A stretch of 64,000 nucleotides of DNA from Dicyema japonicum (GCA_011109175.1 RDEW01000016.1:620134-684133), one strand, 5' to 3'. Positions 12,951-26,749 are shown, counted from the first letter of the stretch. Notes: a model not told the origin generated them from the sequence alone. Program-made: numbers and translations.

Positions 12951-13239
12951 CAGATAAAATATTTTTTAGAAGAAAAATGCACTGATTTCTGATTGCACGT
13001 TGTTGAATGTATTTATCTGAGTTAAGACTGCGGTTTATTAATTGATTGCCTGTTGAATCATTCTCAATTTATTTCATAATATTACCACAAAAACTGATAG
13101 TCGGTGGCTAATACCTAGATCATACATAATGAATTAGGTGCAATATTTCGAATGCTATTATTATTTATTTATTTGAAATTAAACTATTAAATTACAAAGT
13201 ATTATTATTATTAATCGTTAAGTTACAAAGTCATCTTAG

Positions 13240-15860
13240 ATCCTTTCCTTTCATTGACACCAAGTGGTAACCGCGAAGATCCAAACGAAAATTGGAATTC
13301 TCAAGTCTTTTACGCATTCCTTAGTATGCTCCCTCCCATCGTTGGAGCTTCTATAAGCAATTTGTTCTACCTAGTATCAAGTACACTTGTGCTGCATGGA
13401 TGGCTCGCTATCACTATCGACACAGAGCAAACTGGAAGTGTTACAAAACCAATGCCTCGAAAATGACCACCACATCGTTACTACATAGAACACTAAACGT
13501 CACATAATCATAAAATACCTTATGGAACCCCACCGAGATTTCATCAAGATGGCAAAGTCTCTTGACATCAAACTATATCTGGGCGCATGTCAGAGATACA
13601 AAAGAAACCTTCCATTTTGTGGAAATTAATGAACTCCAAGACTAACCGCACGAGAAAGTCTGATTGGATAACGGGATCACTTGAATTAAAATATAACTCT
13701 TGTCCTCTTATGATTCCGGCGATAATAAAATTAAAATTCTAAAAACGTAAACATCCCCCGGAGGTAGAGTAGATTTTTGGGTTACGATGATGTTGCTGAA
13801 ATCATTTAGATATCCAATGGAACCCCAATGGAACCACAATGGATAAATCGTTATATGGTAAGTACTTGGTGGGTACCGCCTGAGAAGTCTCAGCGTCGTA
13901 CTTGTCTACTAAAATTTGTCAAAATGACCAATCGTTTTATTAGAACGTTCGAGAATTAATAATCTAATTCCCTAATCAAGGCAGCTAGACAAGTTCCGCC
14001 TCCACAGGAAGAGGAACCGAATGTCATGGGTTAGGAACATGGAGGAGAGGATAAAATCCTCCTTTGCCACGTTACCTAGATACAAAGTCTAGTGAAAACA
14101 AGCAGGACGCAATAATCAAAAATAAAATACGATGTTATGAATCCAGCACAGAAAAGCCAATTGTAGATAAAGAATACCTGGAGAAAGCTAAAAAGGTTCT
14201 GCTGGGAATCTATTCCGGGGGCATCTGAAAGACAATCGAGAGAACTTACATATGTGATAAGGTAAACTTAGATTTACTGCAAGTGGTGGCTCTGGTCCTA
14301 AAGAGATCAAGGCCGCCAAGACAGTGATTCAAAACATAAGGATCATGCTCGTGAATGCCCGATCAATCCTGAGGAGGCATCACGAGCTAGCTTCCCTGGC
14401 GAATGCCGAGAAAGCTGAAATAATAATTGTCAACGAAATGAAGATGAAGTCAAATGAGAATACGGTACTCCCGGGTGTCGAATCGATATTTTTATACTGG
14501 AAAGAAGGGGCTATACCAGGGACATCAATTTTTTATCGGTGTCATCTAAAGACAAGGAATCCGAGAATTGTTTCATCAATTTGTCGTGAGTTTGTCGCCA
14601 TTGATGTTCGTTCTGTCGATCCTTGAGGGAATGTACCGGAGATATCTCCCAGTTTTTCAGTGAAAACCCGATGGCCATACTGTGAGGTGATCTCAACTCC
14701 AAGAGCACATCCTTTGGCTGCAAAAAGAGTAACAGGGATGGCAAGCTCTTGATGAAGTTATCTAAAGGCCTAGGAGTAAAAGTTCTTACATCGAAAGAGG
14801 ATACCATTTCTCTTCCTACGGAAGTGACAAGCTTGGTGTTTTCTTGATTTCCCCTGCTATTTCAGAATAAGCAGACGTACCAATTACTCTTCCGGATATT
14901 GGCGGTGACCACATTCAATTGCTAATATCCGTGGATATGAAAATTATTAATGAACCTGGAGACTTTGTCGGTTACGATATCAAGAATCTAAACTGGACTC
15001 ACTATAGGATGTTCATTGCAAAGGAATTGATGTTAGTACATACTCAGCCTAAAACTCGTCTGGAAATTGATAAAACAAGTAAAAGAGTAACAGATCTGAT
15101 ATTATACTATCTGGATAATTTTGCTAGAAAAAATATACTCAAGAAACGATAATGTTGTCCCTATTCCATAACACATCAAGAAGATTGTGTTGGAAAGAAA
15201 TAATCTAAGGACTAAACTGAGGAGATGCGTAGAAGGAAAAAAATTATATGTTAGATGCGGACGCTATTTTTCAAATATGATATTATTGAAGAGAAGAGTC
15301 CCACAAGGATCAATTTTTAGCTCTCTATTGCGAGATCGAGCATGATCTCAGGAAGGAGACTCAATGTGTACATGGAAGAGATAAAAGACTGTTGCGTTCT
15401 TCATGGTTAAAACTGTCAGAAGAAAAATCTAGTGCAATGAGGTTCTTCGGTCGGAATGGTAAAGGAAATCAGAAAGACTCCGTATGCGGAATCAACATTG
15501 TGAGCTCCCTGAAGTATCTCGGAACAGCTATTGAGAAATCTGGGAGCACATTGTGCGATTTTAAACTCAAAAAGAAGAAAACCCACCATGCAACGTTGTG
15601 TATGAGGAAATTGAGACTCGAAACGGATATGGTTTATTTATTTTTTCACGTGTGATCATTCCATCACTTCTTTATGGACTAGAAAGATGGTGCTACTGCA
15701 TACAAAGAGCGTTTTATCTTGATTCTTGAAAAATCGAGGAGAGCAGGGATCAAGATTTTCCTACACAAAACGCTTGACGAGAAGCTAAATGAAGATGGAA
15801 ATTTGCTAGTAATGTCGATAAAAGATGCAGCAGAAAAAGGACGGAAAACTACCTGAAAAG
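13240..15860 (+). mobile_element. Decayed, internally deleted APE-type LINE (ORF1 remnant, endonuclease, RT C-terminus)
   Basis: APE IRIMLVNARSILRRHHELASL..EIIIVNEMK at 14324. GDLNSK.HPL and GGDH motifs near 14690 and 14905. LKYLGTAIEK thumb motif near 15510. Confidence 0.7.
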
Positions 15861-16118
15861 AGATGTCATCATTGACTTGTTACTACGGAGAAGACTAAAC
15901 GTCCTTCCAGCACAGAATAAACGATAAGAGGGGTCTGAGAGCGCAGAGAAGAGTCCATGCGTTTGCAGGACTTGCATGAGGCCAAATAACTCCCTCTTTA
16001 ATTTTTCCTTGCTAATAAAGTTGTTAAAGTTAAAAAAAGTTAAAATTTCATAGAAAGTGAGAGTTCGGATGACGTTTTCCACGATCATCAAAGGATATTG
16101 ACGTGGAACATATTTCAT
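15849..16118 (-). CDS. Orphan ORF, unidentified (possible gene fragment)
   Basis: True ATG and 89 open codons in AT-rich sequence; no recognisable motif. Confidence 0.2.
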   Translation of the reverse strand: MKYVPRQYPLMIVENVIRTLTFYEILTFFNFNNFISKEKLKRELFGLMQVLQTHGLFSALSDPSYRLFCAGRTFSLLRSNKSMMTSLFR

Positions 16119-16439
16119 TTGTTTCAGATAATTATTGTATAAGATATGCTAGAAAACATAGATGCAGATAATTTTTATCTGAATTTTTCCACCAAATCAA
16201 CAAAAAATGAATGTTCATCAATCAAAATATGATTTTTCACTAGGGAATAAGGTATTTTTAGTGAATAATTATGAGTATGAGTACTAGAGGATTATGGAAC
16301 TAATCCACCGCTAAAGTTGAGCAGATTTTAATCTTCGTATGAAGAATAAGTGAAATTATTTAATTTTTGTCGATATAACTTTATTTAATATTGTATTGCT
16401 ATCGCAGATTAATGCGCGTTTAGAATTAAAAATAGTCAA

Positions 16440-16990
16440 CATGACTCAATTCAAGAAAATATAGACCTCAAAAAAATAAATTCTTTGATTTTAATTCCTA
16501 GTAAGATGCGATTAAGCTTATATAGTGGATTTGTTCCACCAGTCCTCATGTACAACTCAGGTACTTGGGGAACACCAAATAAAGAAATAGAACAACTCGA
16601 CTCGTTACACAGAGGCCAACTAAGCAAACAACTTGGATACTCTTGGCCGAAGAAAATCTCAAACAATAAACTATACAGACTGACTGATTGTGGACCAGTA
16701 AGTCTGAACTTACTTAAAGCCCGCTGCGCCTTTTTAAACATATTTTACGAATGGGTGAACAAACATCATGTAATCCCGCCGTGGAAAAATTTTTCGGCCA
16801 CACTGAATCCTCTATATTCAGAGGACGTCCAAGAAGTTGTCTTCTCAGGACACTTGCGGAAGATTATTCTGTGATCGGGGGCCGACTGATGGATGCAGAC
16901 AATCTGGACAAAATCAGGAGGCGAGCACGACAACGAAAGGGATAAAGATGGGCTAACGGAAAGAATAGTCGAAAAAACATGACACAAGCG
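16440..16990 (+). mobile_element. RTE-like LINE 3' fragment
   Basis: RLSLYSGFVPPVLMYNSGTW..LDSLHRGQL..WPKKISNNKLY and a FRGRPR motif; homologous to 49740-50260. Confidence 0.75.
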
Positions 16991-17129
16991 AAACCCTAAG
17001 CAGTGTTTAATGGTAACGCGGATGAGCTTTAACTAACTCTGATTTCTGATTAGAAGCCAATTAATATTAGAAACCAATTATATCCATTTAGGAAACCCCT
17101 CCAGTGGTGTAGAGAAAGACGAGCTTTTT

Positions 17130-20100
17130 TTTACATGCCGGCCAGACATTGTACGTCTGATCACCGAGTAAGCAAGACAAAAGTAATGTCAACTAGTTAG
17201 GTGATCCCAGTTCCCGCAACAAAACGTACCATCTGAAGCCTGTGTGTCTCCATTGTTCCCACTGTCTAACGGAAATGCCTTCTTTGATCCTTGAAAAGGA
17301 AGCCGACTGGGAACGGAAATTTCTTAGCCAACCGAATTTCTTTTGCGTGGAACAGTGAGCTTGGTGGGTGTCCATCTTCTTCGAGATGGGGAGAAATTTG
17401 GAACCACATTTACGAGTTGTAGATTCTCTAAGCAGGTGAGCTAATTTTGTTCCACATTGTGGTCCCAACATACGTATTGTTTTCCTTTGCAGTAAGTTTA
17501 GTTTTTTGATAGTGGCCTCTGATATCGCGAATCTCCACGCAGCAGAGGCATATTCCACGGCCGGCGCGATTGTCTGGCGGTATATGGTTCCGATTGCTTT
17601 ATTCATATTCGCTGGGGTCTTCTGGGTGAGGGCCCGTGTGACATTCAATTTCTGTAGTCCTTTGGTGAAGACTAGTTTGGCATGGTAGGTAAAATTAAGC
17701 AGCCTGTCGTATGCCACTTTCAGGATTGAAGGGTTTCTTGTGATAGGTATCCGAGTATGTCCGATGAAGATTTCTGGTTATTCTTTATACCGCCGGTCTG
17801 AGGTGAATAGAGTGCATGTTGATTTTGGAGCCGATACCGAGAGACGGTTAGCTATCAACCAATCGTGGATACAATCCACTTTCTTCTGTGCAAGTGAGAC
17901 TGCTTCTGATGTCAAACTGCTTCTTGTTGAATGATATCGTCAGCATAAGAAAGTAGTAAAAAGTTATTGTCAATGTCTGCTGGCAGGTCGTTGAGGAAAA
18001 GGTTGAATAGAGTGGGGGACAAAGGCGAACCTTGGGGCACTCGTGATCTGTAGTAAACGTGATCGTGATCTGAGGTGGCACAGATGATAACCATAGCTTC
18101 AAGTTAGGGGGAATTTTTGAATCAAAGATTTTTCCAATTAAATTATTCCTCGGTACCGAGTCAAACGCCTTGCTGTTGTCAATCGAGACCATTGTTGTTC
18201 GCATGTGTTTTGGGGTAGTGATGAAATCATCCGCAATAAACTGCGAAAGCGTTGATAAGAAAGTTGTGGTTGATCTTCCAGAACGGAATCCGTGTTGGAA
18301 ATTCGGTTGAGTTAGGGAAGGAGTAATTTCAGATAGGATCAACTTTTCCAACACTTTTGATATAGTAGAGGTCAATGAGATTGGTCTGTATGAATTGGAA
18401 TCTCCTTTTGATTTCCGGCCTTATGAATTGAAGTGATGAGCAAGTTCTTCCATATTTGGGGGATAGTGTTCCAGTTAAACTGACAGGTTAAAAATTTCTG
18501 TTAGGTGGCTGATTGCATATTTGCTTAAGTGTTTTGGGTGAATTGAAGATACTTTGTCTGGGCCGCAGACCCGTGAGTTCTTTAATCCGGCGATAATCTC
18601 TGAGACCTGCTTGTCTGAGAATAGTTCTTAGTAAGGTTTTTTTTGGTTTGGCCGGGACGTATTTTAATATTCAGTTGTTTAGAGAATTTTTTGAAACTGA
18701 TCGCAGCGTAATGTGTCGCGAGGAGCGCTACTTGCAACTATGCGCTACTTGCAATATCGATTTTTTTTGCTCGAAATTAAACGAGTAGTATTAAGACACT
18801 CACAAGTCGAACCATTTTTAAGAAACCAGTTTTACTCAAAAAAACATGAAACTAAAATTATATATAGATTTATGTTATGCTTTAAAAAATATAAAATTGA
18901 ATTTATTTTTTAAATTCTTAAATTATCTTACTATTAATAATACTGATAAGCATTCTAAATAATTAAAAAATTAATTTCAACAATAAAACTCTTCATTTTT
19001 CAATATTTTAAACTATTAAAAATTCCAGGTTATACGATTGTACTCAGTTAAGACAAAAAATTCAAAAAAAATATTTTATTTATAAGAAAAGGTTAGTCAC
19101 TTCTTTTTAAGCTTTTTAACGCGACTCGTGTGGAAGATCTCGCTATGTCCCTCATTTGATTGAAGTGTCATTCGCTTGTTAGACAATATATCTAAGACTT
19201 TCACTTTTTCACTGTAGGGAAATTCAAATTTCCCTAACTTTAGCGAGGGATTTGTCCCATGGTCTTTTTTTACGCAAACCTATATTGTCAATGTAATTAA
19301 CTAACCTCATCTCCTTTCTCGAATGAGTATTTTGAGCAATGAACACCCACGAAACGGATTGTCACATAATTTATATATAAGGCCATATAACCTGTTGAAC
19401 TATGATAACTAAGATTATAAAATTGGACAGCTTTTTTAATCTGTTTTTTCCAACATTTATTTGGATCATCAAACAACATCTTCGACAAAGTTCGAGTGAT
19501 TATCTGATTGAATCTTTCTTTTTGAATAAATATCACTTTTTTTCTTTAAGCTTTTTGTAACAGCATATTTTGAATAAATATCAATAGCCGTTAAAAGCCA
19601 CGAATAACCATCATTATGCTCGCTAAACCTAGAGAATATAAAAAATTTATACCTTTTAAGATCGATTAAATCTATTTGAAATCTCTCATTGGGCCGAGTT
19701 GCTATTATATGATTTTCTTCATCATATTCCTTAAGACTTCTGGCAAAAAGACATGTCTCACAAGTCAGAAGGGGCAGGTCAGAAGTTTTCGTACAGACAA
19801 TATCATAAGAATTCGTGGAAGTGCTCTGAATGAAATATAAATATCGTTTTTATTAAGTCAAAGCAATCTCCTACTGGAATGGTAATATTGGAATCCGCAG
19901 ATAAAACTGTTATTCAAAAGAATACCACATTATAAACAATCTGATAAAAAACAAGGAAGACACTTGGGAAGCAAATAGTCTGGACGAGAAATATAGAGGA
20001 GAGAATATAAATAGGGACAAATCAAATAGTGAAGAATAATCCATATTTAAAGGATACCAAAATACAAAATATATATTAGACATTTTGATAACAGCCTTTC

Positions 20101-21726
20101 AACTCTATTTGATGAATCCACTAATATATTAATGAAGAAAATGTAAGACAATACAAAAATGATATGGACTAAGCATTAGCACAAACGAAGCACCACAACA
20201 ACGTAGGACAAGCGTGACATAACAATTCAAATTAGAATTAATAGTTTATATTAATTTTATACATTAAAATTAATATTTTATATTACTAAAAATTAGAATT
20301 TTAATCCAAAAGAACAATTTTCATAGATTCAAAAAAAATTCAAAAAATTCAAAAAATCGATATTGCAAGTAGCGCATAGTTGCAAGTAGCGCTCGCGACA
20401 TAATGTTTCATAAGTGAATTAGGGTGTATATGACAAATATGTTCTGGAGAGGGGTTACAGGTTCCATTCGCATCTTCCAACTCTGAGTTAATTTGTTTTA
20501 ATGTTTTCCAAAATTGATGAGATGAACTTTTCCCGTTAAGGCGATTGATTAGATGACGCCACCTCTGATTCTGATGGTCTTTTTTTGCTCTGGTTGATAC
20601 TTTTATTTAGTTGTCTGGTGGATTTCAACTCCGTCGGAAGGCATCTTTTAATTTGGTTCTTCGTTTTATGAGTGTAAGTGTCCGGGAATTGAGGATATAA
20701 AATTCGTGTATGATGAGAGAGGAATAAATATGTTTTCAGCCTTCTGAATGGCCACACTGATGATTTTTGCGGTTTCATCTATCGAACGTATATAAGATGA
20801 TAGTCTTTTGACAAATTCCAGGTCTACGAAATCAGAGAAGCCAGGCCAATCGACCATCTTATAATTCTTGAAATTTTTCACTTCGGTCAGCAATGTCCGG
20901 CGTCTCCGAAATCCTCTAATGTAAGAAGGATGGGATTATGGTTGCTGGGGAAACCATAGTTCACATCCCATTTAGTGATTTTTGCTAAAAGGGTGAACAT
21001 AGGATTAAATCAGGAGAGGTGCGCCTTAAAGAGGTTCTTGTGTGTAATTTAGGATCATTCAGGATAAATATATTAGTAAGACCATTTGCGATGAACTCGG
21101 CGTCAGAGGACTGTGAAGCTAGCCAAACAAAGTGTCGGGCATTTAGGTCACCGAATCTTTAATACGGAGAGGCGGGGTATATTTGGGGTGTAGGATTTTG
21201 TGCAGGATCCTTATGGTGGTATATGTAGATTAATCAAGTTGATCAAAAATACGAATACAGCTCCATTTTGATGGTGATCTGCTCCATTGTATCCCCTGAG
21301 TCCAAAAGTTCTGAAATCCGTCGACTTTCGTCAACAAAGGTATAGCGTTCTTTATAATTGTGAGTAGTCCTCCACTTTGTCTTCCCTGACAGACCTTACG
21401 GATTACTGTGTTTCCCGGAAAGAGGGTGTTGGCGTGGAGGATGAGAGCAAAGTCAGCTCTAGTTGCGGAGAGGAGATCGAAGTTCCAGAATCTTCTTTTT
21501 AATTCCATTTGTATTTAGTTGTAAAATTATTAAGTCTCCACGTGAACCAGGTTTGTTTCACTGTCAAAAGTCCAGAACAATGATGACACAAGACGGAGGC
21601 ACATGAGTTAGGGGAACCCCCAAGAGGTGGGGAGAAGTTGATGGCTCTTTTCGTTCCTTCTACTTGGACAGTACATAAGCTAGACTCATCTTTTTCACGA
21701 TAATTAAAACGAGTTTTAGTTATCAA
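17130..21726 (-). mobile_element. Near full-length decayed I/Nimb-like LINE (endonuclease plus RT), interrupted by a DNA transposon at 18714-20400
   Basis: RT motifs YRPISLTSTISKVLEK, QHGFRSGRST, SIDNSKAFDSV, VPQGSPLSPTLFNLFLNDLP and SYADD. Endonuclease remnants at 20900-21500. The sequences flanking the insertion join colinearly with the sibling copy at ~31350-31450. Confidence 0.85.
18714..20400 (-). mobile_element. Ginger-like DNA transposon (retroviral-type DDE integrase), internally deleted, with intact TIRs and 5-bp TSD
   Basis: ~50-bp TIRs TGTCGCGA(GGA)GCGCTACTTGCAACTATGCGCTACTTGCAATATCGATTTTTT. TSD TAATG at 18709-18713 and 20401-20405. Integrase motifs RPNERFQIDLIDLK|RFSEHNDGYSWLLTAIDIYSKYA and ERFNQ..LSK..W..AV.FYNLSYHSSTG. 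Confidence 0.85.
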
Positions 21727-21782
21727 AAAATAAATTATTATTTAGGCTTTTACTTTTTTAAATTAAATTTAAACACAACTTA

Positions 21783-24269
21783 ATGGTTAATAAAGTAGCC
21801 TGAAATTTTTATTGTAGCTAAACGTTTGGCCAATCTCTAAAGCGTGGAAGGAATATCAATGCCTATCATTATTACAGACCCCGACGACTGCCTACCTTTC
21901 TAAAAAAGACGGCAGACTTATCTTAACTAGCAACTTTAGCAGCCGTGATTACTACAAAAATCGAGATATTATAAACGAAAACGTGGCTATAATTAATGAA
22001 GACGGACTCACGACTGAATTCCAATCTCCCTTGTCGTCGTTCTCATCAAAGTATAGTCATTACTAATAAAGATTTCGTGTACCCTCTCCATCAGGAAAAT
22101 TAACCGCAGAAATCGTACGAGTTAAAGAAAATTCTGAAAACATTGAGTTTCTGGAAGTCAGTAGTGGCATCAACAGAATTCTTACTTTAAACCTGACCAA
22201 GACTGATCTGCATGGATCTGTCAAGGATTACGACTGTTTGATGTTTTATTAATTTGGAGACAACTTTGGTGGACTTGTTTGGTCTTTAAGTGAAGATTAT
22301 TTGTCATATATTGCGGAATCCAAGTCAAACGTGGATAACGGACAAATTACTGACGAGTTGTTGCAAAAACCTGATTTTTCACTCAAAAAGAAAGATTTGG
22401 TATACAACATACTTTATTTTAGGTGGACAAGAACCTCTTTCGTCAAAATTGGGGCGAAAAGGAGACCGAGACAGTTCATACAGTTCTCTGTATCGTCAAC
22501 ATCAGAACCGGTGAGTTAAAGATAGTCGATTCAGAGGGGTTCTCTTCAGCCCTGGTTAGCAATCACCAATTTTAGTCAAGACTACTTGGACCAAATCGAA
22601 GCTAGCATGTATCCAGTATGACGAAAAACCATACAAATTAGGACTTGTTTACTGTCAAAATAGACCGTAGATCCTTAGTTCTACCTTAGATGTCGAATTT
22701 TGATCAGCACGATGTACGGTGACGCCATGGAACAAGAATTCATTGAATTTGACCCACCAAGATTTGTTTCTGGTCTCGTTTTTTCACCGGATGGTGATAA
22801 ACTCTACTACTTGGTAGCGTCTTCTCCAGGACCTCACCGACAACCACAAAGAATTTGCAGTTTCGATTTGTGTACAAAAGAGGATTGTTTTATTGTTGAA
22901 GATGAAATTGATTTTGTCGGTATTTTCACCATGGAGACTCCAAAAATTATTTTTGACGGAAAATATGTTCTTTTTAGTTCAGAAATTGGGTTCAAGTCTA
23001 TTCCAATTATCGTTGACTTACAAAATGGCAGAATTACTCAAGTTGATTGTTGTTTTAAGACCTCTGACTACGGGGGTAATTATTGTGGTGATGCTTTAGA
23101 CTTTTCTTGTCTTAGTGTACTAGCTGTTCTGGATAATGTTGTTGTAGCGACCGCTTCATCCCCAAATATGATTCCCCATACTGTAGTAACTAGTCTAATC
23201 GATAGTTAATTGGAAGGATTGTATTTTGCAATGAAAACCCCATTATAATATGGAATAATGTTTTCGGGGGAATAAACGACTTTAAATTCAGATGTTCCTT
23301 AGCATCCCATATTGCTCATGGTAGATGATGGTTATTATTGAAGATGGAATCGAATTTGAGAGCTTTCTAATGAAGCCTGAGGTCAATTTAGAGGAAACCT
23401 ACCCATTGATTGTGTTTGCCCATGGTTTTTTTTACTAAAAATGATGTTAACAGGAGGCCCTCACAGCTGTTATTCAACTGATTTCAACATTTTGAGAGCT
23501 GTTTTGTGCCTTTCAGGGTTTGCACTTCTTATGGGTATCCTTGATCTTTACGTTCCAGTAAACTATCGTGGATCGACAGGATATTCTAATTTAAGTACTC
23601 TGCTTGGTGGAATCGGAAGAGATGATGTCTCGGATGTTCATGTATGTATTGATGTTGTATTAAAGTTGTCTATTTCCGAAACCCTGAGAAGTAATTCGGA
23701 CATAATTCCTACTAATTTGCATTATATTGGAGGTTCCCATGGTGGATTCATCGGTGCTCATTTAATTTGGACAATTTCCGTTTATATGTACTCTTATAGT
23801 TCAGAATTTATTTAGAAGCGCTTGTTTGTTAAATCCAGTAGTCAACCCAGCAAGTTCGTTTTCTATAAAATGTAAGCAATGTCATCTGCCACGGATATTC
23901 CCGACTGGTGCTATTGGGAGTGTGGAGTCGACTTTAACTACAAGGAAGGGGCTACTATACCTGATTATGAGGCATTTTACCGAGCGAACGCTCTAAAATA
24001 TGTAAAAAATGTGATCTTGTTCGAAAATTGTAGATTGGGAGTGATTTGACTGTTTGTCTGTCTGTAGGAGGCTCTGATAGGCGTGTTCCACCTTCTCAAG
24101 GACTGGAGTTTTATAATATTTTGAGAGCCAATTCTGTTGATGTTCGGTATTAAATGATTTGATTTGCAGGTTTTACTATTATCCTAATGACGGTCACTCT
24201 CTTTATTCAGTTAATACATCTGCAGATGTGTTCTGCAATAATTATATGACCATTTATAGTAAATTGTAG
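21783..24269 (+). CDS. APEH: Acylamino-acid-releasing enzyme (S9C peptidase), about 14 mini-introns
   Basis: Spliced ORF with SPSGK, FGGLVWS, PLIVFAH|GGPHS, VNYRGSTGY, nucleophile GGSHGG, catalytic D (SDRRVP) and H (NDGH), ending KL*. Introns include 21795-21817 and 23535-23558. Confidence 0.92.
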
Positions 24270-24639
24270 TTATTACTGTTATTTTGGCAATTTCTTTTAT
24301 AATAACCTCTTTATTATTGAGGAAAAACTTTCAACTTTTCGTTAAGTACTCAATTCCGGCACCTAATTTCCTCAAAGAGAACCATTAAACATTTACCTTG
24401 GTAATAACTTCTCTCCGGCGACACGTGCCTTCAGTTTCAACTATCCGGAAAAAACTCCAGCCAACCACAAGAGGATGAATACGGTTTTAAAGTTGGGGTA
24501 AGACGAAAATTTTGGAACTAAGCTCTTTCCTGGAGGAGCTGTAGATTGACGTTGCTTTGATTCAAGGGACGAAATTCCCTTTAAACGTCCCTACTCCGTC
24601 GTTTCCTGCATATAAGTAACTAAGAATCGAAGGATGGTG

Positions 24640-25080
24640 ACCTCAATTTATAGAAAAACCTTAAATGCGTAGATATCACGTCGTTGGTGAAGAATATTTT
24701 AGGAGATGACGTTGTTACTGAAATCAACTCACTTGGAATAAGAAATAGAAAAATTACTTTTTTGAACATGTACGTGCCTCCACCTGATTTTTGTACGATT
24801 TATCTACTTTTGCTTCTTTGAAATATGCGACGATTAATGGAGATATCTAAGCTCTCCCGACTTGTCGACAAAATACACCTGGTCACTTACATCTTAAAAA
24901 ATGTCCGCAATACCATTCTTTTCAAGATCAAGAGATAAACCTTAACTGATTTCCAAAGCAGTTCAACTAAAAACTGGAAATTTTACCGTTGACTTACTGA
25001 CAGTCTATAGAATAACTATACCTGGATGGTTTACTTCCATGGACAGATTAGTCACTTAAGTCAACCACACTATTTTGAAT
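24640..25080 (+). mobile_element. Highly decayed LINE endonuclease fragment
   Basis: RKITFLNMYVPPP-like APE motif near 24750-24785; many stops. Confidence 0.35.
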
Positions 25081-25154
25081 GGGATATGGGCTTAACTACT
25101 CCATGGGATATGGGAGGTCGGTTTTATCTATAGAAAGAAATCGAGGAACTCAAA

Positions 25155-25680
25155 TTACAGAAATCGAGATGATGCACGTGCTCTTGTCTCGGAACCGATC
25201 CAACGAAGAAATTTAGAAGACTGTTGAAGAAGTCTATAGATGAAAGATAATCTGAGGATTACAGCAAAAATAATGTGAATAACCTGATAAAATATTACGT
25301 AAAAATATCCCAAAAGGATCATGACAAGTCGAATGTAAATTTTATATTTCTCAGTACATAAAAAACTTGATACTTCAGTGTAAACAACGTGGAGAAATAT
25401 ACAGAGACAACAACCTACTATAACGGGACTGACAAAATGCCCTCCTAAAGTAGCTTGGTGATTATGAAATTGGTGCATTGATATAGAACTACTGAATCAA
25501 TGAAAATTTTATCCCATCTATGTGGAAACTTACTCACCTTCCTCCAAGTGATTACCTAATTTTCCAACAGTTTCTTTATTTCTGGTGAATTATCTTTTTC
25601 AGGCCATTCAAGATTATTTTGAAAAGTCCTTCAAACGTTTCCTAGTACTATCCGTATAATGTTAAATACAGGAAAAAGGG
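25155..25680 (-). CDS. Unidentified putative membrane-protein exons
   Basis: 107-codon hydrophobic ORF (VIVGCCLCIFLHVV; ILLGYFYVIFYQVIHIIFAVIL), with a GT-AG mini-intron-like segment near 25520; family not recognised. Confidence 0.25.
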
Positions 25681-26207
25681 GGAGTGTAGCTGATAACTTT
25701 GATTCTTGAATGAGTGGTGTATAAATCATGAGTCGAATTTATGATCATATACTACCAAACGATTTTGAATGAAATCGGATAATTGGCAATGTTCTATATT
25801 AAAAGTTCTTTAAATTAATAAACATTTTTTCAATCAGTAAAATAACGACTAAAATGAAGTCGTAAGTATTCATTACATATAATAGGTTACTTTTGTTAAG
25901 AAAATCAATCTTTGTTGGATTTATCAAATTTTCACAAAGCCTCAGAAAATAAAAGACTAAAGTTACCGCAGAATATTTAATTGTACATCATTAATATATC
26001 TTAACCAAGTCATCCCTTTAGAAACTCAACCTCATTATGATTTCCTCAAATCCTCACCAAATTTAGTTGTCATCCCCAAAGAAGATTAAAGCAGAATTCT
26101 AACATTGTAGTACAATAATGTCACTAAATAATAAGCTTGGCGTAATTTCCATCAATTGTCAAAAAATAAAATGGGAAAATGTAATTAATGTTGTTAATTT
26201 CAGAAAA

Positions 26208-26584
26208 TTAGCTATTAGTAGTTTTGGCGATCGATCTGATATTGATTATTTCCAGCACAAGCATATTCACCACAGAGGCCTTGTTTTTGGCAACAATAGA
26301 GTCCAGTTGAGATATCTTTTTCTTTACTTCAGCTAGAATTTTGTCATCCTCCTGTTTGATGGTGTTCTTCACTTTGTTGTCGAACTCTTTGAATTCGTTC
26401 TCCCTCTGCTTCTTGTACCGTTCCGCCTCGATTTGAGACTCCTCCTTAGCGCGCTTCAGTTCTCTGGATTTGACTGGAAATTTGATTAAAGATTATAAAA
26501 ACATTCACGAGCCTCGGAGATCTTCTGAGCAGCACGTTTTTCTGCAGCCAAAAGCTGTTGAATACTCTCAGATTGAAGCACCAT
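26208..26584 (-). CDS. ATP6V1G: V-type ATPase subunit G
   Basis: MVLQSESIQQLLAAEKRAAQKISEARE|FKSRELKRAKEESQIEAERYKKQRENEFK..; one 29-nt intron at 26474-26502. Confidence 0.92.
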
Positions 26585-26749
26585 TAATAACCACTAGAAC
26601 AACCACAACTAATTTTATTTGATTAAATTTTTTATTTGAATTTATTCTAGCATTTTATTAATAATTTCAATATAAACGAAAAATAAATAAAACGATCAAT
26701 TTTTATTCATGTTTTTAAAAATTTTTATTCAAATTTTAAAAGAAAATCC

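Noticed and set aside
18714-20400. Polinton/Maverick or LTR element
   Set aside because: The element is only 1.7 kb, has inverted rather than direct terminal repeats, TG..CA ends and a 5-bp TSD, and shows no polymerase, capsid or RT remnants.
26352-26372. 21-nt GT-AG candidate intron in ATP6V1G
   Set aside because: Leaving it unspliced gives the same spacing as orthologues between EFK and the C-terminal helix, so it is probably coding.
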